DNA from: an uncultured Alphaproteobacteria bacterium | GTDB lineage: Bacteria > Pseudomonadota > Alphaproteobacteria > RF32 > CAG-239 | Direction: 5' to 3' | DNA length: 64,000 nucleotides | NCBI GenBank assembly: GCA_944391345.1 | Contig: CALXTE010000007.1 | Span: 2,765-66,764, forward strand | In this document: positions 9,262-18,509 of the stretch, piece after piece | Layout of the letters: each line of letters opens with the position of its first letter | Position numbering within the stretch: position 1 is the first letter of the stretch | Notes under the pieces: model-generated | Seen by the model: the letters and a program-made list of their open reading frames with translations, nothing else | Database searches by the model: none | Told to the model about the DNA's origin: nothing | Translations under genes and position numbers: made by a program

Positions 9262-10578
9262 ATGAAAGTAGGAAAAGTAAGTAATAGAAGAATATTAAAA
9301 CAAACGGCAGTCTTGCTACTATGTGTTGGTGCCGGTTGGTACCTCAAAGGTAAGATGACCCCGTCAATGAGCGGCATGGCCGGCATGAACCGTGAAGCTT
9401 TTGTTTTAATACAAGGCTTGGAAGAAGCCGACATCAGCGCCAAACAAAGCTATATCGGACATGTTGAGGCCATTAAAAGCGTGAACGTCATTCCGCAAGT
9501 CAGCGGCTATGTTGAAAAAGTTTTGTTCCAAGAAGGTAGCTTCGTTGAAGAAGGCGACATTCTGTTCATAATTGAACAAAAGAAATATCAAGCAACCGTA
9601 GAACTCCGAAAAGCAGAGCTTGAAAGCGCAAAAGCAAACTTAGTCCGAGCAGAAAGAGATTACAAACGTCAATCACAACTTTCTAAACAAAACTACGCCT
9701 CAAAAGCAACCTTTGATACCGCAGAAAGCAATTACTTACAAGCAAAAGCTGCCGTTGCACAGGCTGAAGCAAACTTAGATCTGGCCGAAATTGACTTAGG
9801 CTACACCGTCATTAAGGCCCCGATTAGTGGCTATATCGGAAAAGCACTGGTTACAGAAGGAAACTACGTCAGCTCCTCAGCTCAAAACTTGGCTCGTATT
9901 GTTCAAACCAATCCGATTCGAGTTGCTTTCTCAGTATCAGATAAAGAATATCTGACCAGTAAAATTCTCAGACAACAAAACGGCGAAGGCAGCATCCGCA
10001 GTGAAATTATCTTGCCTAATGGCCAAACGATTGAAAATCATTTCAAGTCGCGCTTTACGGATAATGAAATTAATACAGATACGGCAACGATTGCAGTTTA
10101 TGCCGAATACAAAAACGACGAAGGATTACTAATCCCCGGAAACTATGTTGACGTCAAAATCGGTCCCAAAGAAACTCAAAGAAGCTTGCTGGTTCCGCAA
10201 TCAGCTGTGGCCCAAGACGAACACGGCAACTATGTTATGATCGTTAAAGATGGCATAGCCGAAGAACGCCGCGTCACTTTGGGAGAAACCATCGGCACCA
10301 AACAAGTGGTCAGAAGCGGCTTGAACAAAGATGATAAAGTCATTATTCAAGGTCTGCAAAAAGCCAGCAACGGTGCTAAAGTTAATGCACAACTGATTGT
10401 TGAAGAGAAACTTCCGACAATCAATGCCGATGATGACGAACCGACCAAAGTTGAAGAAAGTCATCCGGTAGCAACCGCTATTCAAGCCCAAGAAGTTGAT
10501 GTTGACTCTCCGGTCATCAACAACACGGTTGGCTTTGAACAAGAAACAGAAGAAGAACAAACGCAAGCAGAGGAATAA
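9262..10578 (+). CDS. RND efflux periplasmic adaptor (membrane fusion protein)
   Basis: HlyD/AcrA-like: N-terminal anchor, coiled-coil hairpin, lipoyl and beta-barrel regions. Acidic C-terminal tail. Confidence 0.9.
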   Translation: MKVGKVSNRRILKQTAVLLLCVGAGWYLKGKMTPSMSGMAGMNREAFVLIQGLEEADISAKQSYIGHVEAIKSVNVIPQVSGYVEKVLFQEGSFVEEGDILFIIEQKKYQATVELRKAELESAKANLVRAERDYKRQSQLSKQNYASKATFDTAESNYLQAKAAVAQAEANLDLAEIDLGYTVIKAPISGYIGKALVTEGNYVSSSAQNLARIVQTNPIRVAFSVSDKEYLTSKILRQQNGEGSIRSEIILPNGQTIENHFKSRFTDNEINTDTATIAVYAEYKNDEGLLIPGNYVDVKIGPKETQRSLLVPQSAVAQDEHGNYVMIVKDGIAEERRVTLGETIGTKQVVRSGLNKDDKVIIQGLQKASNGAKVNAQLIVEEKLPTINADDDEPTKVEESHPVATAIQAQEVDVDSPVINNTVGFEQETEEEQTQAEE

Positions 10579-10584
10579 GCATAA

Positions 10585-13500
10585 ATGTTTTCAAGAATAT
10601 TCATCGAGCGCCCTCGCTTGGCAATGGTCATTTCCATTGTCTTGACTCTGGCGGGTGTTATCTCAGTTTTTTCACTTCCAATATCTTTGTATCCGGAAAT
10701 CACCCCACCGATGGTAACCGTATCGGCCAACTACCCCGGAGCCAGCGCAGATGTGCTTGCAAAAACGGTTGGTATTCCTATTGAACAAGAAATTAACGGT
10801 GTTGAAGACATGTTGTATATGGATTCATCATCACAAAATGATGGGTCTTATTCCTTGTCTGTTTCCTTTGAAGTTGGAACAGATCCGGACATGGCACAAG
10901 TTAAGGTGCAAAACCGTGTTCAACAAGCCACACCGAAACTCCCGAGTGAGGTTCAAAGACAAGGTATCAGCGTAACCCGCCGTTCGTCTGATATTTTGGG
11001 CTTTTTGAGCGCCCGCTCACCTAAAGGAACTCATGATACCAAGTTCATCAGTAACTATGTTGAAAATAACATCAAAAACAACTTAGCCCGTATTAACGGT
11101 GTCGGTGAAGTTAGCGTACACGCCTCTCCTCTGAGTATGCGTGTTTGGTTAAATGCCAACAAGCTCAGTGCCTTAAACTTGCCGGTTGCAAATGTTATTG
11201 CCGCTATCGAAGGACAAAACTATCAACCATCTTTGGGTAGCATCGGCGCCATGCCTGGTGACGGCGACCAACAAATGGTCTATACCTTGCAAACGCAAGG
11301 GCGTATTAATGAAGCCGAAGAATTCGGAAACATCATTGTCCGCACGGCCGAAGACGGCGGTTTGGTCAAACTTAAAGACGTTGCAAAAGTAGAAATCGGC
11401 ACAGAAAGTTACAGCGTTGAGTCAACCCTGGATGGGGGTCCGGCAGTTTCAATTTCCTTAAACCTGTCATCAGGTGCCAACGCTTTGGAAACCATGGAGG
11501 CCGTAAAACAAGAACTAAAAAGAATGGAACAGCTTTATCCGGAAGACTTCCAAGTCGATATCACCTATGATGCAACTTTATATATTGTTTCATCAATTGA
11601 GGAAGTTGTCTTCACCCTGGTATTGACCTTTGCATTGGTTATCGGCGTCTGCTACATATTTTTACAAGACTGGCGCGCAACCTTGGTTCCGTCATTAACC
11701 ATTCCGGTATCGTTGTTCGCAACTTTTGCCGTCATGATGGCCTTAGGCTACAGCATTAACTTACTGACTCTGTTCGGTTTGGTTTTAGCGATTGGTCTGG
11801 TCGTTGATGATGCGATTGTGGTTGTTGAACGTGTTCTTTACTTAATGGAAACCGAAAACTTAACCCCGAAAGAAGCCACGATTAAAGCCATGGAACAAGT
11901 ATCCAGCGCGGTTGTTGCGACGACATTGGTGTTGCTGGCTATTTTCGTTCCGGTCGGTTTTATGGGCGGCATTACCGGTAAGATTTATCAACAATTTGCG
12001 GTCACGATTTCAACTTCTGTTGCTTTCTCGGCCTTAAATGCGTTGACTTTGTCTCCGGCTTTGTGCGCAACCCTGCTTCGCCCGATTCAAGAGGTAAAAT
12101 CAGGCCCGTTGCATTGGTTCAATCTGATCTTGAACAAAGCACGCAACCGCTACATCGGAATTATTGCCATTATTGCCCGAAAAGTCAGCGTTATTGCCTT
12201 GATTTTAGGCTTGCTGATTTTAGGAAACTTTGCTTTCTTAAAAACCAGCAACACATCTTTCATTCCTGATGAAGACCAAGGTGTTATTTTAATAAACTTA
12301 CAGCTTCCTGAAGGTGCATCTTTTGAAAGAACAAGAGAGCTGATAAAGAAGCTCTATCCGACCATAAAAGCCGAACCCGGCGTCAGCAATGTTATGTCAA
12401 TTATCGGCTTCAGCTTGATTGGCGGTAGCGGTGAAAACGTTGCGTTCTCCGTTGTAACACTTGATCCCTGGAATGAAAGAAAAAGTGACGAACTTTATTC
12501 CACCAATATTTTGAACCGTATTAAGGCAAAAATTGCGAACACACCGGAAGCCGAAATCAATATGTTTGAATTTCCGGCAATTCCAGGTTTAGGTACAAGC
12601 GGTGGTATGGACTATCGTCTGCAGTCTTTAGATAGCTCTGATGCTAATGAATTATACAGCACGATGCAAGGCTTCTTAGGCCGCTTAAATTCATCACCGG
12701 CGATTAACTATGCTTATTCGACCTACACATCGCAAACACCGCATATTAATATCGAAATTGAAAAAGAAAAAGCTGAAAGTATGGGCATTTCCATCGGAGA
12801 TATTTATACCATTCTGCAAAACTATCTCGGTTCGACCTATGTCAACGACGTAAACTTCGGTACACAGGTTAATAAGGTTATAATCCAGTCTGATTGGCCT
12901 TATCGTAAAGACGTAGATTCGATAAAGAACTTATACGTTCAGAACAAAAACGGTGACATGGTTCCTTTGGGCACCGTCATAAAACTGGATAAAGTTTTGG
13001 CACCGCGAACCATTGAACGTTATAACCAATATCCGGCAGCAACGATTACGGCAGTTCAAAGTCAAGACATGAGCTCCGGACAGGCCATGGCTGAGGTTGA
13101 GGAATTGTCAAAACTCTTGCCAAAAGGCTATAGCTATCAGTGGTCCGGTATGAGCTACCAAGAAAAAGGAACGGAAGGTCAAATCGGCTCTTTGATTATC
13201 TTGGCCATAACCTTCGGCTATTTGTTCTTGGTTGCACAGTATGAAAGCTGGGCGATGCCTTTACCGGTTTTAACCTCAATCACTGTGGCCATGCTCGGCG
13301 CCTTTGCCGGCCTGTTCATCACCGGCTTGCCTTTGAGTATTTACGCCCAATTAGGTTTAATCTTGTTGGTCGGCTTGGCAAGTAAGAACGCTATTTTGAT
13401 TGTTGAGTTCTCTAAAGAAGAACGCGAAAGAGGCTCCTCAATCGTCAAAGCGGCCACGACCGGTACCAAAGAACGTTTCCGTGCGGTTTTGATGACAGCC

Positions 13501-13686
13501 TTCACCTTCATTCTTGGTGTATGGCCAATGATTGTCGCCACAGGTGCCGGTGCATCAAGCCGTATTGCAATCGGTGTTCCTGTATTCTACGGCATGTTGC
13601 TGGGAACGGCCGGCGGCTTGCTCATCATTCCGCTGCTCTACGTATTGTTTGAAACAATCCGTGAAAAAGTAAGCGGAAAGAAATAA
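10585..13686 (+). CDS. RND multidrug efflux permease (AcrB/HAE1 family)
   Basis: 1033 aa, 12-TM architecture with two large periplasmic loops, start [10 protein letters not shown] typical of AcrB. No outer-membrane factor gene follows. Confidence 0.95.
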   Translation: MFSRIFIERPRLAMVISIVLTLAGVISVFSLPISLYPEITPPMVTVSANYPGASADVLAKTVGIPIEQEINGVEDMLYMDSSSQNDGSYSLSVSFEVGTDPDMAQVKVQNRVQQATPKLPSEVQRQGISVTRRSSDILGFLSARSPKGTHDTKFISNYVENNIKNNLARINGVGEVSVHASPLSMRVWLNANKLSALNLPVANVIAAIEGQNYQPSLGSIGAMPGDGDQQMVYTLQTQGRINEAEEFGNIIVRTAEDGGLVKLKDVAKVEIGTESYSVESTLDGGPAVSISLNLSSGANALETMEAVKQELKRMEQLYPEDFQVDITYDATLYIVSSIEEVVFTLVLTFALVIGVCYIFLQDWRATLVPSLTIPVSLFATFAVMMALGYSINLLTLFGLVLAIGLVVDDAIVVVERVLYLMETENLTPKEATIKAMEQVSSAVVATTLVLLAIFVPVGFMGGITGKIYQQFAVTISTSVAFSALNALTLSPALCATLLRPIQEVKSGPLHWFNLILNKARNRYIGIIAIIARKVSVIALILGLLILGNFAFLKTSNTSFIPDEDQGVILINLQLPEGASFERTRELIKKLYPTIKAEPGVSNVMSIIGFSLIGGSGENVAFSVVTLDPWNERKSDELYSTNILNRIKAKIANTPEAEINMFEFPAIPGLGTSGGMDYRLQSLDSSDANELYSTMQGFLGRLNSSPAINYAYSTYTSQTPHINIEIEKEKAESMGISIGDIYTILQNYLGSTYVNDVNFGTQVNKVIIQSDWPYRKDVDSIKNLYVQNKNGDMVPLGTVIKLDKVLAPRTIERYNQYPAATITAVQSQDMSSGQAMAEVEELSKLLPKGYSYQWSGMSYQEKGTEGQIGSLIILAITFGYLFLVAQYESWAMPLPVLTSITVAMLGAFAGLFITGLPLSIYAQLGLILLVGLASKNAILIVEFSKEERERGSSIVKAATTGTKERFRAVLMTAFTFILGVWPMIVATGAGASSRIAIGVPVFYGMLLGTAGGLLIIPLLYVLFETIREKVSGKK

Positions 13687-13700
13687 AAAGCACAAACAAT

Positions 13701-13734
13701 AAAAATACCTCACAGAACGTGAGGTATTTTTTTA
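13701..13734 (+). terminator. intrinsic terminator after the RND operon
   Basis: AAAAATACCTCAC-agaac-GTGAGGTATTTTT hairpin followed by a T run. Confidence 0.7.
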
Positions 13735-13782
13735 TATAAAATAAAGAAATTTGTGCTATAATAAAATAAAAAAGGAAAAAAG

Positions 13783-15801
13783 ATGAACGACGCAATTCTA
13801 AGAAAAGAATATCAAGACCAAAAACAAAAAGTGCAGTATTGCACAATTGGAAAAGAAACACTTATCATTCCAATAAATTATAAAGACAACATCGACCGCT
13901 TTACCGATGACCTTTTTGGTTATGAAGAAGAAGCTGAAAAATATAGAAAACATAATCAACATTGCTCTCCGGAAGAAAGACTTGATCCACAAATGTTATC
14001 ATCAGGAGATGTATCATTTCTTCCTCCTTTTGATCTCGTAAAATCCAATTGCTCACAGCAAGAAATCATCAAAAAATCCAATCAAAGAGCTCTAAGAAAA
14101 TATCGCGCCGCCATCAAGAAGATAAACCGACACAACGAAAAAGAATATCCAAACACCCCGATACCGGTAAAAATGGATAAAGAAACTTTAGCAGAAGTAG
14201 ATAAAAAGCATCAACGCTACTGCGCCGATAAGCTGCTGCAAAAATTCGGACAAGCTGCAAAGTTCAGTGCCAAACAAATTGCCCAAATGAGCGCCGGCGC
14301 TGCCGGAATTTTACCAGTTATCGCCTATCATTTTATGGATAAAAAATTTCACTTTGCCAAGTCAAAAACCAAAGAAACAATGGATAAAAAAATTGTGCCT
14401 TATATATGCAAAGGTGCCTTAAAAAGCTTCATTCCGCTGGCAATGTATAGCGGGGCTAAAATCGGCTTAGAAAAATCCAAGAACAGCCCCAACAACAATC
14501 AAGCCCAAAACAATATAACCATTGTGCAAACGCCTCAAAAAACAACTGAGGCAGAAAACGCGCAACTCAATAAAAAATATAAAATAGACGACCTTAAAAG
14601 CTTTCACCAGCTTTATAACGATGCTCTCAATTTCATGACACTGTCAATGTTTCCGACCGAAGTTCTGGTCAATGAGGCTTATACCGACAACGGCAAAACA
14701 ATTAACACCATCGGGCTTGGTAGCTTCTGGTTTCCCAAAAACGGCAACCCACAAAGCAGCGAATGGATTTTAACCTCAGATTATGTAAAAAAGAACAAAA
14801 TCAAACTCTCCGGACCACAAGCCATAGAACTCACCGACGGCTGGTATCGTCACCGCGAAAACGGCAGAGTCTATAAAGACATGTACAAAAGGCTAAAAGG
14901 CTGTGAACTAAAGGCGCATGAATTTGCCGCCATTGCAACCGTTATGTATAATAATGAAGTCAACGGCAAAGAGCTCTGCGACTTTGTAAAGAAAAACTAT
15001 AAGAACCCGACCAAATGTGCCGCGAAGATTATGGAATTAAAACCGCAAAACGCTCGCTTTAATGATGGCATTCTCAAGCGCCACGCTCATGAAGCGCTCA
15101 TCTATCTCAACTGTAATGATTATGCCGAAAAAATTCCTTATTTTATGGTCAAAAAAGGAACAAATTCCAAAGGAAAAACTTATTACGTAACTTCCGTAAC
15201 ACAGTTGTCGCCCCAAGACTGCCGCCCCATGCAACAAGCCCTTGAAAACGGCAACACCAAAGAAGCCGAATTATTAGCACAAAAGATTGAAAACTATCGT
15301 TGCAAAGACGGAAAAACCGTTTATAAAATCGCTGACCAAAATAACATAAGCCATCTTTATAGTTATATCGGACAAGATGTAAGCTTTTATGAAATGTCAC
15401 GGATGAACCTTGCCGAAAACAGCTATCAACAAGCTTTGGATTATTATAAAAATAAAGACTACGAGCAAGCCCTGTCCTGCTTTAAGAACATGAGAGAAAA
15501 TGGTTTTGACGGCGCTGACATTCACAACGACATGGCCATTACTTACTACAATTTAGGCGAATATGAAAACTGCATCAAAGAATGTCAAGAGGTTTTAAAA
15601 ACCGGAGAAAAAGAGCTTTATCCCGCCGCCAATTATAATGCCGGCAAAGCCTATGAAAAACTCGGCAATCCGGCAAAGGCTTTAAAAAATTATCAACTTG
15701 CCCAACAAAGAGATCCAGACGAAAAAGCCTACCAAAGCGCCGTTCTGCGCTTGTCAAAATTTGCGCATCTGGCTTCAAATAACGCCAAATCAAGAGGTTA
15801 A
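13783..15801 (+). CDS. hypothetical protein with a GH24-lysozyme-like motif and C-terminal TPR repeats
   Basis: 672 aa. TEVLVNEAYTDNGKTINTIGLG fits the E-8-D-6-T / TIGxG pattern of T4/P22-type lysozymes. The C-terminus has TPR-like repeats (YQQALDYYKNKDYEQAL, NYNAGKAYEKLGNPAKALKNYQLA). Hydrophobic stretches near aa 165-225. Confidence 0.4.
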   Translation: MNDAILRKEYQDQKQKVQYCTIGKETLIIPINYKDNIDRFTDDLFGYEEEAEKYRKHNQHCSPEERLDPQMLSSGDVSFLPPFDLVKSNCSQQEIIKKSNQRALRKYRAAIKKINRHNEKEYPNTPIPVKMDKETLAEVDKKHQRYCADKLLQKFGQAAKFSAKQIAQMSAGAAGILPVIAYHFMDKKFHFAKSKTKETMDKKIVPYICKGALKSFIPLAMYSGAKIGLEKSKNSPNNNQAQNNITIVQTPQKTTEAENAQLNKKYKIDDLKSFHQLYNDALNFMTLSMFPTEVLVNEAYTDNGKTINTIGLGSFWFPKNGNPQSSEWILTSDYVKKNKIKLSGPQAIELTDGWYRHRENGRVYKDMYKRLKGCELKAHEFAAIATVMYNNEVNGKELCDFVKKNYKNPTKCAAKIMELKPQNARFNDGILKRHAHEALIYLNCNDYAEKIPYFMVKKGTNSKGKTYYVTSVTQLSPQDCRPMQQALENGNTKEAELLAQKIENYRCKDGKTVYKIADQNNISHLYSYIGQDVSFYEMSRMNLAENSYQQALDYYKNKDYEQALSCFKNMRENGFDGADIHNDMAITYYNLGEYENCIKECQEVLKTGEKELYPAANYNAGKAYEKLGNPAKALKNYQLAQQRDPDEKAYQSAVLRLSKFAHLASNNAKSRG

Positions 15802-15880
15802 GCAAAAACATCTTGACAATCTTCCCCTGCATGATACAAACACACGGTAAACTATATTATTAATTTAACACAATATCATT

Positions 15881-16420
15881 ATGGAAAAAAAAGATGTTAT
15901 ATCAGCCATAGAACAGCTGATGAAAGAAAACAAACTAACTCGAGAAGAACTTATTGCTTATTGGAACACGCCTCAAGAAACGCTTGAAGAAATTCATGAA
16001 TACCCGTTTGAGGTTATGTATGATGACGGAACACGCTCTTGGTCTCCTCAAAAAGACAAAAAAATTTGGGGTGTAATCTTTTGTGGCAATGTTATCAGCT
16101 TAAAAAACGCCAAAGAAAAATTGCCGTGGAAAAAAGCCTTGGAATATTGCCGACAGATTAAGATTGGAAATATGACAACCTCTGCCGGTTCTATATCTTT
16201 TTGGGAAACATTGCAAATGCAAGAACAGAAAAAAATAAAAGAGCTCAATCAGTTTATTTTGAAACTCGGCGGAGACAAACTCTCAGGCTCTTTCTGGACA
16301 AACGAAAAGCATGATAAATCTTGGAGCTATTTTGTTTTTTGGGAACAGCAGAAAAAAGGCATAGCCGCATATTTCAAGAACATAAGGATATCGGTTCGCC
16401 CGATTTTATCCTTAGTATAA
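15881..16420 (+). CDS. hypothetical protein, distant paralog of the DUF1566-like domain family in this window (no signal peptide)
   Basis: KKIWGVIFCG, SAGSISFW, KLGGDKLSGSFWTNEKHDKSWSYFVF and VRPILSL align with KTPIAVVVY, LPAAGI, GG, WSST and V(R/Y)PV(I/L)EF of ORFs 29339..30181 and 63440..64000. Confidence 0.4.
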   Translation: MEKKDVISAIEQLMKENKLTREELIAYWNTPQETLEEIHEYPFEVMYDDGTRSWSPQKDKKIWGVIFCGNVISLKNAKEKLPWKKALEYCRQIKIGNMTTSAGSISFWETLQMQEQKKIKELNQFILKLGGDKLSGSFWTNEKHDKSWSYFVFWEQQKKGIAAYFKNIRISVRPILSLV

Positions 16421-16439
16421 AATCTATAATTGTGAAAAA

Positions 16440-16596
16440 GAATCTCAAATCTGCTAATAAACTTCCACTAGCTAACGCAAGTGGTATTACCTGTTCCGAA
16501 CTACGTTCGCCCTGCCCAAAGGCTTCGCAAGCCTATCGGCTGGGCAGGTATGTCTACATCTACCTGCTTACGCAGGTAGTGTTACGTTCGAATCAT
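16440..16596 (+). ncRNA. candidate structured RNA or structured 3' UTR (unassigned family)
   Basis: Four consecutive hairpins on the + strand: CCACT/AGTGG, CGAAC/GTTCG, CCTGCCCA/TGGGCAGG enclosing GGCTT/AAGCC, and CTACCTGC/GCAGGTAG. They end at an intrinsic terminator. The overlapping 103-aa ORF looks non-coding. Confidence 0.3.
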
Positions 16597-16629
16597 AAAA
16601 AAAAGAGATTACCTAAAATCTCTTTTTTC
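16597..16629 (+). terminator. intrinsic terminator
   Basis: Perfect 10-bp stem AAAAGAGATT-acctaa-AATCTCTTTT followed by TTCT. Confidence 0.7.
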
Positions 16630-16657
16630 TGAATAGAGCAGCCTACATAGAAGTAGT

Positions 16658-16698
16658 TGAGCATTTTTCCTATCCGCGAAATCTGTATTAGTCGGCCG
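16658..16698. repeat. 41-nt intergenic repeat, copy 1
   Basis: TGAGCATTTTTCCTATCCGCGAAATCTGTATTAGTCGGCCG matches 16945..16985 at 40/41 positions. Confidence 0.85.
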
Positions 16699-16944
16699 CT
16701 GCTATATAAAAAAGCTCGGAGAATAAGTCGAGTAGTAGGCGTCAAGGGCAAAAGTACCGGAGCGTACACAAACAGTACGTGAGGAAACTTTTGTCCCGCA
16801 GACAACGCTCTAATCGACCATTATACGAGCTTTTTGTAAAATGCCTCTAGATGTGCTGTTATACACAGTTTTATTAAAACTGGGGAGAACGAGACGAATA
16901 ATAAGATTTAAGGAAGGAAAAAGCGCAGCGTACAAAATAGTACG

Positions 16945-17000
16945 TGAGCATTTTTCCTATCCGCAAAATCTGTATTAGTCGGCCGTTATACACAGTTTTA
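16945..17000. repeat. intergenic repeat, copy 2 (41-nt block contiguous with a 16-nt block)
   Basis: The 41-nt block (16945..16985) overlaps by one G with GTTATACACAGTTTTA (16985..17000). That 16-mer also occurs at 16858..16873, about 160 nt after copy 1. Confidence 0.85.
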
Positions 17001-17003
17001 CTT

Positions 17004-17453
17004 TTATTTGGCAATCATAGCCGTAAACTCCGCCTCCGACACCACCTTGCCATCAACAAGGGATTGACCACGGAAAACATAAACTCGACCATGTTCTTTG
17101 ATTTTTTCAACATGCATTCTGAGTTGATCACCGGGTTTTACCGGCTTACGGAATTTTACACCGTCAATTGACATAAAGAAAACGCCTTTTTTGTTTTCTT
17201 TATAGTTTTCAAAACTTGAAATAACCAAGGCGCCGGCCGTTTGGGCCATTGCTTCAATTTGCAAAACACCGGGCATTACCGGATTTCCGGGGAAATGTCC
17301 TTGGAAAAACTCTTCATTCATGGTAACATTTTTAAGACCGACACCTTTTTCACCGGGGATTTCAACCTCAAGGCGGTCAACCAACAAAAACGGATAACGA
17401 TGTGGAAGCATATCCATAATTTCTTCAACACTATAAACAATATTTTCAGCCAT
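17004..17453 (-). CDS. fabZ: 3-hydroxyacyl-ACP dehydratase FabZ
   Basis: 149 aa, hot-dog fold motif GHFPGNPVMPGVLQIEAMAQ. Downstream of lpxD. Confidence 0.95.
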   Translation of the reverse strand: MAENIVYSVEEIMDMLPHRYPFLLVDRLEVEIPGEKGVGLKNVTMNEEFFQGHFPGNPVMPGVLQIEAMAQTAGALVISSFENYKENKKGVFFMSIDGVKFRKPVKPGDQLRMHVEKIKEHGRVYVFRGQSLVDGKVVSEAEFTAMIAK

Positions 17454-17486
17454 TTTCTTTCCTTTACTATATCAAAAAAATCAAAA

Positions 17487-18500
17487 CTATTTTTTGCCCA
17501 CTTTTTGCAGATAAGCAACTTGGCGCATAAAATCTTTAAACTTGACGGCAGGAGACCCCATCATAATTTCTCCGGGGGCAATATCGCGCATAATCCCTGA
17601 CTGTGCCGCTATTTGAGCACCACTACCGATATTCAGGTGATCGGCAAAACCGGTCTGACCGCCACAAACTACATAATCACCAAAAGTACAGCTTCCGGCA
17701 ACACCTGTCTGAGAAACCACAATACAACAATTTCCCAAACGATCATTGTGAGCAATTTGAACCAAATTATCAATCTTGGTACCATCACCGATAACCGTAT
17801 CATCAAGCGCACCACGGTCGATACAGGTATTAGCCCCGACCTCAACATTATTCCCGATAATCACACGCCCGACTTGCGGAATTCTCTTATGCTGACCTTC
17901 CACCATCATAAAACCAAAACCATCTTGTCCAATGCATGCGCCGCAATAAATATAACAATTATCACCGATAATCGAATAAGAAATTGAGGCATTAGCGCCG
18001 ATTCTGGTATTATTACCGATTTGGCAATGATGACCGATAACAACATTAGGCTCAATACAACAATTTTCTCCGATGTGAACACCTTCACCGATAACCACAC
18101 CGTCAGACACGATTGTGCCTTGTCCGATAATCGCTGTCGGATGAATTTTAGCGGTTGAGGCAATATTTGAAAATTGCTGTTGCTCGGCATAAAATTCCTG
18201 ATTTAATTTTAAGAAAGCCAGCTTTGGATTCGCCGCCACCAAAACCGCAACATTCTGTGGCACAAAGGGAGCAAGCTCTTCTGTGGTAACACAAGCCGAA
18301 GCCTTTATTTCAGCTGCTTTTTCTTTGGCTTTTTTATCATAGAAAAAACAGATTTCAGCCTCCTGAGCCTTTTCCATCGGTGCAATATTTTCAATCATCA
18401 TCTGAGCATGCGTGGGTTGCTTAAGCTCTGCCCCGCAGATTTCGGCAATCTTTGCCAAAGCAAAAGGCCCACTGTTTATATAAAAGCGAGTATCAACCAT
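17487..18500 (-). CDS. lpxD: UDP-3-O-acylglucosamine N-acyltransferase LpxD
   Basis: 337 aa, long left-handed beta-helix hexapeptide repeats. bamA-lpxD-fabZ context. Confidence 0.9.
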   Translation of the reverse strand: MVDTRFYINSGPFALAKIAEICGAELKQPTHAQMMIENIAPMEKAQEAEICFFYDKKAKEKAAEIKASACVTTEELAPFVPQNVAVLVAANPKLAFLKLNQEFYAEQQQFSNIASTAKIHPTAIIGQGTIVSDGVVIGEGVHIGENCCIEPNVVIGHHCQIGNNTRIGANASISYSIIGDNCYIYCGACIGQDGFGFMMVEGQHKRIPQVGRVIIGNNVEVGANTCIDRGALDDTVIGDGTKIDNLVQIAHNDRLGNCCIVVSQTGVAGSCTFGDYVVCGGQTGFADHLNIGSGAQIAAQSGIMRDIAPGEIMMGSPAVKFKDFMRQVAYLQKVGKK

Positions 18501-18509
18501 AACTTTCTC

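Noticed and set aside
16575-16600. GTTCGAATC T-loop-like motif suggesting a tRNA-like or two-piece tmRNA domain
   Set aside because: The flanking bases (TTACG / CATAA) do not form a proper T stem. I found no acceptor stem, CCA end or tag-like reading frame ending in (L/V)AA-stop on either strand.
16321-16632. 103-aa ORF spanning the structured intergenic region
   Set aside because: It has no RBS and overlaps the end of the preceding CDS in another frame. Its composition is dictated by GC-rich hairpins and the terminator, so it is more likely non-coding RNA or a UTR.
16658-17000. CRISPR array
   Set aside because: There are only two copies of the 41-nt repeat, about 290 nt apart, with related degenerate sequence between them. 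No cas genes are present.
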